Of a DNA stretch of 64,000 bases, positions 52,132-61,100 are shown in pieces (positions within the stretch are counted from its first letter, which is position 1; the number at the start of each line of letters is the position of its first letter). The stretch spans positions 3,287 through 67,286 of the forward strand of contig JAGAKV010000002.1 of NCBI GenBank assembly GCA_017625505.1, read 5' to 3'. This DNA comes from Clostridia bacterium. GTDB lineage: Bacteria > Bacillota > Clostridia > Christensenellales > UBA1242. The position numbers and the translations under genes are program-made. Below the pieces are notes generated by a model. That model saw only the letters and a list, made by a program, of their open reading frames with translations, did not search any database and was not told the DNA's origin.

Positions 52132-52485
52132 TTACATTCCGATGTCAAAGTTGTATCCATTGTCTTGAATTGTGTTGTCCTGTTTTTGATTGTTTTCTTC
52201 ATCCATAATAATCATGTTTTTGTTTGTAAGGTTTTTCAGTTGTTGCTGATTTTTCTCTTTAGCCTTGCGTGCCGCGATATGTCCAAGTAAAGATGTTGCA
52301 GAGATAATTAAGCCGGCACACATAACATTTTTTGATTTTGTAGCAGCTCCTATAAGTGTAACTGAGCTTCCAATGATTTTTCCTATTAATGCAAGGTTTG
52401 TGTTTAATTTGCAAAGATTTTGTTTTTTTAGTAGTGATTGTAAATATTGTTTATCTATAATAATTTTTTCGTTGTTTTTGTTCAT
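52132..52485 (-). CDS. small two-TM hairpin membrane protein, paralog 2 of 5
   Basis: 117 aa with SD taAGGAGagagaa-ATG. ...LQSLLKKQNLCKLNTNLALIGK followed by 2 TM segments. Confidence 0.6.
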   Translation of the reverse strand: MNKNNEKIIIDKQYLQSLLKKQNLCKLNTNLALIGKIIGSSVTLIGAATKSKNVMCAGLIISATSLLGHIAARKAKEKNQQQLKNLTNKNMIIMDEENNQKQDNTIQDNGYNFDIGM

Positions 52486-52499
52486 TTCTCTCTCCTTAT

Positions 52500-52967
52500 T
52501 TAAATTAATTCATTTAATATGTCGTCTTTGTTTTCGCACTTACTTATCTTTATCATCTTGCCGCAGCCATAGGCTATGCCGCATGTTCCAAGCAGTGCTG
52601 CGTTTGCTGCTGCAGTTATGCTTGCTTTTTTGTGTGCTTGATATTTTTGATAAGTCGTACTTGGCGTGTTTTTCATGTAATCGTTCATGTCATAATTTTT
52701 GATAGCGGATTTTTTTGCTTCTTTTTCGCTCTCGTTTAGGCTAGAGTTTTCAATTTCGGTGATTTGAGCATTTTTGTAAGCTTCGTTAAAGTCTGTGTAG
52801 CCGGCATCAGCAGCAATATTGTTTGCGGCGGCGCTGGTAAAGAGACTGGCAACAAGCAGTGCAGCCTCTACAACGACGGTTACAAGCGCAAGCTTGAGAA
52901 ATGTTGACGTTTTTGATTTTATTTTGCCTTTTTGCAGTAAATTATCGTAATTTTCTTGCGAATTCAT
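52500..52967 (-). CDS. two-TM membrane protein with a ~65-aa loop, paralog 1 of 5
   Basis: 155 aa with SD taAGGAGaaaatt-ATG. ...NLLQKGKIKSKTSTFLKLALVTVVVEAALLV, a loop, then TM2 ITAAANAALLGTCGIAYGCG. Confidence 0.65.
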   Translation of the reverse strand: MNSQENYDNLLQKGKIKSKTSTFLKLALVTVVVEAALLVASLFTSAAANNIAADAGYTDFNEAYKNAQITEIENSSLNESEKEAKKSAIKNYDMNDYMKNTPSTTYQKYQAHKKASITAAANAALLGTCGIAYGCGKMIKISKCENKDDILNELI

Positions 52968-52991
52968 AATTTTCTCCTTATTTCGCTTATT

Positions 52992-53020
52992 ATAATAACA
53001 TAAATTTATACTATTGTCAA
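52992..53020 (-). promoter_or_regulatory. candidate promoter of the five-gene membrane-protein operon
   Basis: Minus strand: TTGACA (53020-15), 17-nt spacer, TGtTATTAT (TATTAT at 52997-92). Confidence 0.5.
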
Positions 53021-53032
53021 TAGTCGTTTATG

Positions 53033-53060
53033 CGAAAAAAAAGCATACAAGTGTATGCTT
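53033..53060 (-). terminator. rho-independent terminator after the ABC-F gene
   Basis: Minus strand: aagcatac-actt-gtatgctt followed by T8. Confidence 0.8.
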
Positions 53061-53087
53061 ATGTTTCTCTTTCTGCTGTTTTGAGTT

Positions 53088-54668
53088 TTATTTTCCGTAT
53101 TTTTCAATATATTCTTGATAAGAGCCTGTGAAGTCGATTACTTTATCTTCGTCGATGATGTCGATGATTCGATCGGCAACTGTTTCGATGATTTCTTGGT
53201 CGTGTGTTGCAAACAGCATGTTTCCACGGAAGTTTTGCATGCCCTTGTTGAGCGCGGTGATTGATTCAAGGTCGAGGTGGTTTGTTGGCTCATCAAGGAT
53301 TACAAGGTTGCCTTGTTCAAGCATCATTTTTGCAAGCATACATCTTACTCTTTCGCCGCCGGAGAGAACGTTTGCTGGTTTAAGGTTTTCTTCGCCGGTA
53401 AACAACATTCTGCCAAGCCAGCTTCTGATATAGGTTTCATTTTGGTCTTTTGAGTATTGTCTCAGCCAATCAACAATTGAGTCGGTTTTTCCTTCAAAGT
53501 ATTCATTATTGTTTTGTGGCAGGTGGGTTGTCTTGATTGTCTTTCCGATGAAGACTTGACCGTGGTCTGGTTTTTCAATTCCCATAATAATATTAAATAA
53601 TGTAGTTAAAATTTGACTATTTTTTGCAAAAAATGCAACTTTTTGCCCTTTTTCGATGTTGAAAGAAAGGTTTTTAAACATTCCAGTTTTGGTTAGATGA
53701 TCAACTTTAAGCACCTCTTTGCCAATTTCTTGAGTGTATTCAAAATTGATGTAAGGGTATTTTCTAGAAGAAGGCTTAATGTCCTCAAGGGTGAGTTTTT
53801 CAAGTTCCTTCTTTCTAGAGGTTGCTTGTTTTGATTTTGAAGCGTTGGCAGAGAATCGGGCAATAAATTCTTTAAGTTCTTTAGCGCGTTGCTCAGCTTT
53901 TTTGTTCTGGTCTTTCATTTGTCTTAAAATAAGTTGGCTTGATTCGTACCAGAAATCATAGTTTCCGATAAACATATTGATTTTTCCATAATCTACATCG
54001 CAGATATGTGTGCACACTTTATTGAGGAAGTGTCTGTTGTGAGATACGATGATGACAATGTTTTCAAATTCAAGAAGGTGTTCTTCCAGCCATCTTGTGG
54101 TTTTGAAGTCGAGGTTGTTTGTAGGTTCGTCAAGCACGAGAATGTCAGGGTTTCCAAAGAGGGCTTGCGCAAGAAGGATTTTTACCTTAATCTTTGCGTC
54201 AAGTGTGCCCATGATTTGGTCGTACATCTCTTCAGTTATCCCCATGCTTTGAAGAAGTGCTTTTGCTTCGCTTTCAGCTTCCCAGCCGCCAAGTTCGGCA
54301 AACTCAGTTTCAAGTTCGCCCGCACGAATTCCGTCTTCTTCTGTAAAGTCGGGCTTCATGTACAATGCATCCTTTTCTTTTTGAACTTCCATGAGGCGCT
54401 TATGGCCAAGAAGTACGGTGTTTAAAACTGTTTCGTTGTCGTACGCATTTTGGTTTTGCGCAAGAACGCTCATACGTTCGCCTGGAGTGATAGAAATTTC
54501 TCCAGTGTTTGGTTCAATTTCTCCTGTGAGGATTTTTAGGAATGTTGATTTTCCTGCTCCGTTTGCACCGATTATTCCATAGCAATTGCCTTTTGTGAAT
54601 TTTAAATTTACTTCTTTATAAAGCACTCGTCCGCCGAATGCTAGTGAAATATTGCTTGCCTGAATCAT
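53088..54668 (-). CDS. ABC-F family ATPase (YbiT-like, no membrane domain)
   Basis: 526 aa. Two ABC cassettes (GANGAGKST; LSGGERVR) joined by a charged linker. The N-terminus aligns with the YbiT-type pattern (GHKRLMEVQKEKDALY...EDG). Confidence 0.85.
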   Translation of the reverse strand: MIQASNISLAFGGRVLYKEVNLKFTKGNCYGIIGANGAGKSTFLKILTGEIEPNTGEISITPGERMSVLAQNQNAYDNETVLNTVLLGHKRLMEVQKEKDALYMKPDFTEEDGIRAGELETEFAELGGWEAESEAKALLQSMGITEEMYDQIMGTLDAKIKVKILLAQALFGNPDILVLDEPTNNLDFKTTRWLEEHLLEFENIVIIVSHNRHFLNKVCTHICDVDYGKINMFIGNYDFWYESSQLILRQMKDQNKKAEQRAKELKEFIARFSANASKSKQATSRKKELEKLTLEDIKPSSRKYPYINFEYTQEIGKEVLKVDHLTKTGMFKNLSFNIEKGQKVAFFAKNSQILTTLFNIIMGIEKPDHGQVFIGKTIKTTHLPQNNNEYFEGKTDSIVDWLRQYSKDQNETYIRSWLGRMLFTGEENLKPANVLSGGERVRCMLAKMMLEQGNLVILDEPTNHLDLESITALNKGMQNFRGNMLFATHDQEIIETVADRIIDIIDEDKVIDFTGSYQEYIEKYGK

Positions 54669-54702
54669 TTATTTTTTTTCTCCTTAATTTATTTTTGAAA
54701 AC

Positions 54703-54731
54703 ATTATATATCATAAAAAATGTTTTGTCAA
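54703..54731 (-). promoter_or_regulatory. consensus promoter of the ABC-F gene
   Basis: Minus strand: TTGACA (54731-26), 17-nt spacer, TATAAT (54708-03). The leader is short, with no attenuator hairpin visible. Confidence 0.6.
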
Positions 54732-54866
54732 GCAAAAGGCGTTAGGCGGCGAAAGAAGGGGCGTTGATTTGGTGTTTTAAAAAAAACAAAAATTAAATTA
54801 GGAATAAAATAAAAATAAAACAAGAATCAAATAAAAAAGAAAATAGAAAGAAAATAAAAATAATTA

Positions 54867-54975
54867 AAAATTAATCTAAAAATAATAAAAAAATCGAAAT
54901 TTTTGCTATTTTTTCTAAAAATAATATAAAATTTGAATAATTATAATTTTTAATTGTTTTAAAATTAATCTAAAA
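54867..54975 (+). repeat. 15-bp exact direct repeat within an extremely AT-rich island
   Basis: AAAATTAATCTAAAA occurs at 54867-54881 and again at 54961-54975. Confidence 0.5.
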
Positions 54976-55063
54976 CCTTTTTTCTTTAGGCAAATATTGA
55001 AAAATAAATATTTTTGTTATTTATAATTATAATAATATTATTCTGACAAATACCGAAATTTAT

Positions 55064-55092
55064 TTGCATTTTTCGCGTAAAAAGATTAAAAT
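55064..55092 (+). promoter_or_regulatory. possible promoter of giant ORF 2
   Basis: TTGCAT (55064-69), 17-nt spacer, TAAAAT (55087-92). The AT-rich context offers many alternatives. Confidence 0.3.
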
Positions 55093-55129
55093 AAAATTGT
55101 ATTAAAAATTAGAAGTGAGGTAGCTTTTA

Positions 55130-58100
55130 ATGGCAAAGAAAATAAAGAAAGAGAAAGTTGATAAAAAAGAACTTAAAACCTCAAGAGGTTTGCGTCCTTG
55201 GATGACAATACTTGGTGTTGTTGGCGGAGTATCTCTTGTCTGCGGCGCAACTGTTTTGGGAGTTTTTTTGACTGGAGGCTTTGAAGAGAAGGTTGTCAGT
55301 CCAGAAGATATTTCGTTTGTTTATGACGAAAGTCTTTTTAATGACGCTTACTCTCAACTTGAAATTTCTGATTCGTCTCAAGAGGGAGAATTCGAACTTG
55401 TAATCAATACAACCACAGAAGAAGTTACGCAAAAAAAGGTGGAACTTTCTTTTGATGATGCTCTTGAAGAAAATGTAGTCACAAGTATCCATGGCTTTGT
55501 TTCCAACTCTATTATTCAGGTGCCTCAGTTTGTAAATATTGGAGAGCCTTTTACAGTAAAACTTCTTAATGAAATGATTGAAGTTGAGGAGGAAAATGGC
55601 GAAGGCGAAATTGTTTCTAAAAAGATTGACTGGATTAAGGGTGGCATTTCAACGCTTTTTGCTCAGAGCGAAAATATCGATGTACCAGTGACCAGTTTAA
55701 AGATTGCTGTAGACACGCCTGTATATTCAACTAGAACGGTTGTGTACGATTCTACAGGAAAACAAATCCAAGTGGATGAAGAAGGTATTAAAGTTATTGC
55801 GGGAGAGGCGTTTACAGTTGATACCAAATTCTTTCCTGCAAAAAGTGAATATATGTATGCAGATGATAGTGCGGTAAACGCTATCGACGAAGATGCAAGA
55901 AGAAAGAAACACTCTTTCTTTGAAGCAAAACTAGCAACCGACCAGCCAAACGCGATTGTACCTGAGTATGACGGGAAATACAAATTGCATTTCGTGGCAG
56001 CAAATAAAACGTTTGAAAAACCAATTGCAATCAATGCTTACACATTTAGATATGCTGATGTTGAACTGGAGTTTACAAACAATCATCCAACCAAGTCAAC
56101 ACCGGAGGATGTAGCAGGCATCACCGAACTTGAGTTTTATCAGCTTGCAATTACAACTCTTGCAAGTGACATGCTGGGCGCGTATAAACAAGAGGGTGAA
56201 ATCATTATAAGTGAAGCGACGATTGGACAATTCAGAATAAACAATCAAAGCAACGTTATGCTTACTCGCGGAAAATCAACAAGGCTTTATCTTGATTTCA
56301 ATGAAGATGATCCAGCGCTTAACTACCTTTCTGCGTCAGTAAGAGCAAACACGGTAGAGCCAAGATATCTTGACAATATGCTTAAGCAAATTGGTATCAG
56401 ATTTACCAACAGTGCAGGTAAAGATGTTGCAATTGCAAGTGACGATCAATTGATCAGCCTTAGTGATTGTCAAGAAGTAAAATATGATTTAAATGGTGAT
56501 GGTGCGCTTGAAACTTTCTATTTACCAAACGCTAGCGGAGCAAACGTGCGTAAAGGATACTGGAATATTACAGCCCTTCCAACCGACTCTAAAGAGACGC
56601 AAGATGATGAAAACATTACAATGGAAATAGTTCTCTTCACTTCAATAACACAAGTAGAGGGAGAAGGTGGAACTTACTATCAAGGCAAGATTTACCAGCA
56701 ATTTGCAACCGGAAACGATGGTGAGGAAATTAAGAATGATGTAGTTATCAGCGGCAAATCATTAGTGCTGACAGATAAGCAAGATTACAATGTCTCTTGG
56801 AATGATGCATCAAGCTTAACAATTAATCTTGACTATCAAAATAGCAAATTTATTCCACAAACAATCAATTTAAGCAAGTTTATTACAGTGCCAAAAGATA
56901 AAGATGTTGTTTTCTTTGTTGACTTTAAAGATGTAACAGCAGATGCGGAAGGCGGGATTAACAGAGTTCTCGGCGAGACTTCTTATTCAGATTTGGTAGA
57001 ATATCTTGAACCAAATGGCGTTCCTGTTAAACTTTATGTATTGACTGAACAAACTATTACGCTTTATGATACTGGAAGTTTTGATATTTATTTTGCAACG
57101 ATTAATTCAAAAGCTGAACCTGGACAACTTGGTTATATAGAGCTTTGGTGCAACGACGCAAAACAAGTTGTTTGTCAAAAATCTCTCTATCAAGAGTCTG
57201 TGAGCGGTGCGGTAATCATGCTTCCAGAAGCAGCGTTTGATAGTGAACAATATTATACCTATGTTGGCGTTGAAAACGAATTAAAAACAGTGTTTACGGT
57301 TGACTTTATAGTAAACCCTGATTCATATCCAGCATTCCAACAGGCGATTGAAAACGGTGAACAGTTTGATATTAAACTTTATGACTCTCTTGGAAATGAT
57401 ATCAGCCACTATTTTACACTTCATACAGATCTGGCTGCAGGCATTACAACAAACCCAAGCCTTATTGATCTTGCAGCAGCTCTTGAGGAAGGTGAGGTGT
57501 TAGAAGGCGATTACAGATATGCATACAGAGCAATCTATAAAATAAAAGACAATATTACAATCAATTCCGATCTTGTTATCGATAAGGGTGAGGGTGAACA
57601 AACCTATACAAAAACTGCCCTTGTCGCTCGCGCAGAACTGCTTTTTGGTAAAAAGGACGAAGAAGCTGCTATTGTGTGGGGAAATAAAGGAGAAGCGACA
57701 TTCGGCTTCAGTAAATATCTTTATATTTACAAGCCTGTGACAGCATCTATTGTGATAGCAGATGAGTATGGCGGAGCAACTGGTGGAATCGTTACAGAAG
57801 ATGTTATTAATGTTAATCAAACATTATTAGCTGCTGGTGGATTGTCTACTTCTATTACATACACATGCTACATGCTTGACGGGGACGGGACTTATACTGA
57901 AGAAAATGCAACACTAGAAGAATTTATTGAAGATCTTACATATGGAATTGTGCTTACCGACCAGCATGGAGACACTCAAAGTTTGCAAGGTAAGTGGCAA
58001 TTTGTGACTAACAATAGTGACATTATCAGCATCAGCGATGATAAGCAAAGCTTTGAATTTAAAAATGCATCAAATGAAAAGGCAAACATTTGGATTGAAG

Positions 58101-61100
58101 CTCAAGATTCTATTTCAAACGAACCAGCAATCAAAAACGAAGCTGGCAATACAAAGATTTATACTCTCAACCTTACAACAACTGGCGTTGGAGAAATTTC
58201 AGTTGACGGCGGAGCGCGAACTAATGTTGTCACGTCCGCAGAAATTACGAGAAAAGGGAGCATAGACACGTCACAAATTGAAATACCAAGCATTATAAAA
58301 TATTATATTGTTAACAATGGCGTCGAAAGCGTTTACAATCCGACAGAGATCTCTTATGCATTAAGTGCGATTACAACTACGTCTATGACGGATGAACAAA
58401 AGAAAGATTTGTTTGGATATTACAAAGAAAGTGAAGATGCAGTAGAGCCAATTGAAGGATGGCTTGAGATTCAAGATCAAAACGAACAAGTAGTCAGAGC
58501 AATCATAGATTATGATGGAAATGTTGTTGGCTTTACTGGTGATATTACAAATCTTAAAACCATAACAATTAAGAAAAACTTTTCGGCGCCTGCAACGATT
58601 GTAATCAATATTTCAGCAATTGGAATTAATACAACCCTTACAATAAACATTTCTGCAGAAAACAGTATTGAGGGCGCTACTGAATACTCAGTTTTCGCAG
58701 GCAAGGCTTACGCTAGCGATGTGATTTCCAATACAATCGTTCTTAGCGAAGCAAGTTTGTTGGGAAGCTATACTGGCACACATTATGTAGTTGCATCTGA
58801 GCAGGGCGGGTATAGGCTTGATAGCGCTGAAGAAAACGCTTTATCTGCCGTAGGACACCTTGACAATGGTGTGTTAACTTTCAATGATTTTTGGACAGAA
58901 GAGGAAAAAACATTTACAATTCGTTTTGCCCCAGAGGGTGATGGTTATTATGCGGTATGGAAAGATATTACTTTCACCGTACAGCGAAACATTAAGATTG
59001 TGGCAAGCTCAGACAATTTAGCAGGAAACCTTATTCCTGTCGAGGCTGCCGCCGAAATGACATATTTCATTGTTTATTCAGGCGGTAAACCAACTGTATC
59101 AACATTTGTTAGTGTAACGCGCATTGAAGGTGATGATAAAACCCTTCCAGAAATTGCGTATGCAACAACAGCACTTACAAACTCATATTTTACTATCAAT
59201 AAAGCTGGAGAGATAGAGAGAAACGCAAATATAGAAATAATATTTGGCACAGAAACAATTGTGCAAGGAGAGCAGTCAAGAATTTCTATCAGCATTGGCT
59301 CGACAATTCTTGCAACAGTGCAGCTTCAAATAAAATTACATGACGATATTTATAGCAATGTTGCCTCTTCAATTTCAAAGAAAATTAGTGTTGATCAAGG
59401 GCAAGGCGCTGCACAAGTGGAAGAAACTGTTAACGCCAAGGTGCAGGAGATTAATGGCAAAAAATATGTTGTTGTTGATGCAACGAAAGGAAGTACAAGT
59501 TGGGAGTGGAACGGAAGTATAACAGGGGGAACAATAGCCCTTCTTGGCCAACATAAAGGGTATCGTTCAGAGCTTTATGAAATTCAAGCTGCTCAGACAG
59601 AGCAAGGACCAGGCGATATTTCGTTTAATACAAAAGGTGTATTATATGGATATAACAGCAACAACTACCTGATTATTCACACAGAAGGAAGCACTCAATC
59701 AAATAAACACAGTGAGTGGATTTATATTCCTGCGATAATTTCTGCAGTAGGAGAAACGCCAGTGTTATATAACAAGAAGGGCGACTCTATAGCGTCTCAA
59801 GACGGAAGAAATGGAGCTATATCAAAATATTCTGAAAGATATCTTGATGTTGCTATGATGAGCCCAGACGATCTTATTGCAAATGGAATTTATGATGAGT
59901 TTATAGCAGGTGAATCTTATACAATTTATAATGCCAAAGGCACCGACGGCCATGGCCTTTGGTTTGGCAATGGAATGAGCATCTCAATTGATGTTTATGA
60001 TGGCGCTGGAGCAACAAACAGCGAAATTACAAATAAGATTCGAAAGCAGATTAATTATGTAAACACCACAGGCGAGAAAACAGTTAAAATCGACTTGTAC
60101 GATCTGGCAGACAATATTGGCGGGGACTATTACATTGCCCTTAAATATACTGTTATTCTCAGTTCAACTGGTCACAGACAAGATTTTTACTATCTTATGA
60201 AAATCATTCCTAATGTGCATGTAGAAGATCCTGTTTATCCATACGGAGAAAACACAAGATACGAAAATTTACAAGAATCAAATGGACAAATTGATCTCAA
60301 CGCGACGTTTGACTCAACAACTCTTGCAACCGGTCAAAATAGATTTAATGTAAGTTATATTCTTTCATATGACCAGGCAAAAACATTCACAATTAAGAAA
60401 ATCAACAAGGATTCTATCATCAGATTTACATGGAAAGATCAAACAAAAGAATACATTGCAACAGAAAATAAAGATAATGAAGATAATGAAGTGTTGACGC
60501 TAACTTTAAAGGATTATTTCCCTGACATCCAAAAGGATGATAAGTTGTACATGATTCTTCAAAACTCTGAAATTGAAGTGACATATGCAGAGACTGAAAA
60601 CGCAAAAGTTTATACACCAAGTGCGTATATTGATACGGTTTCAAATGTGACTGTCAATGACAACTACGTTTATACTGACAAAGCAGAGTGGAGCAGTTTC
60701 ATTTCAATTGAAATTGTAAATGGTGTTATGACATATCAAGCACACATTTCCGATCCAATCAGCTTTACAATCAAACGTACTTATGTAAATAGTCAAGACA
60801 CAAGCATTGAACAAATTGTGAGCGGATCGCATGAATATGTGTTCATGGTCAACGATAGAACAAAAGATTACTCAATCAGATTTATTAAGCAGGTGGATGA
60901 TCCTGCAACGTCAGAAGTAGTAGAGGCTGTTACAACAACGCTTCCAGATACTTTTGGAGTAACTCAGTATACAATTTCATTCAGAAATGGTGACGTGGAT
61001 GATTCAGCCCAACAAAAAGTTCAAATTGGACTTGTGGAAAATGGCACGGAGGACGGCTATACATATACAGGCCTTAAGCTGTTCTTGATTGAAAATGCTG

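Noticed and set aside
50837-52702. Plus-strand ORFs 50837-51208 (123 aa), 51831-52104 and 52265-52702 (145 aa).
   Set aside because: They are antisense to the five SD-led minus-strand membrane-protein genes. They lack an SD and are Cys/Phe/Leu/Ser-rich mirror-frame products.
2517-54912. AAAATAGCAAAA is shared between the upstream regions of both giant genes (2517-2529, 2537-2549 and, in reverse orientation, 54901-54912).
   Set aside because: In DNA this AT-rich, a single 12-mer match between two 300-460-bp regions is close to chance expectation by my rough estimate. GCTATTTT also occurs inside the MBL gene (36307-36314). I kept only the locally ordered arrangement upstream of giant ORF 1 as a low-interest finding.
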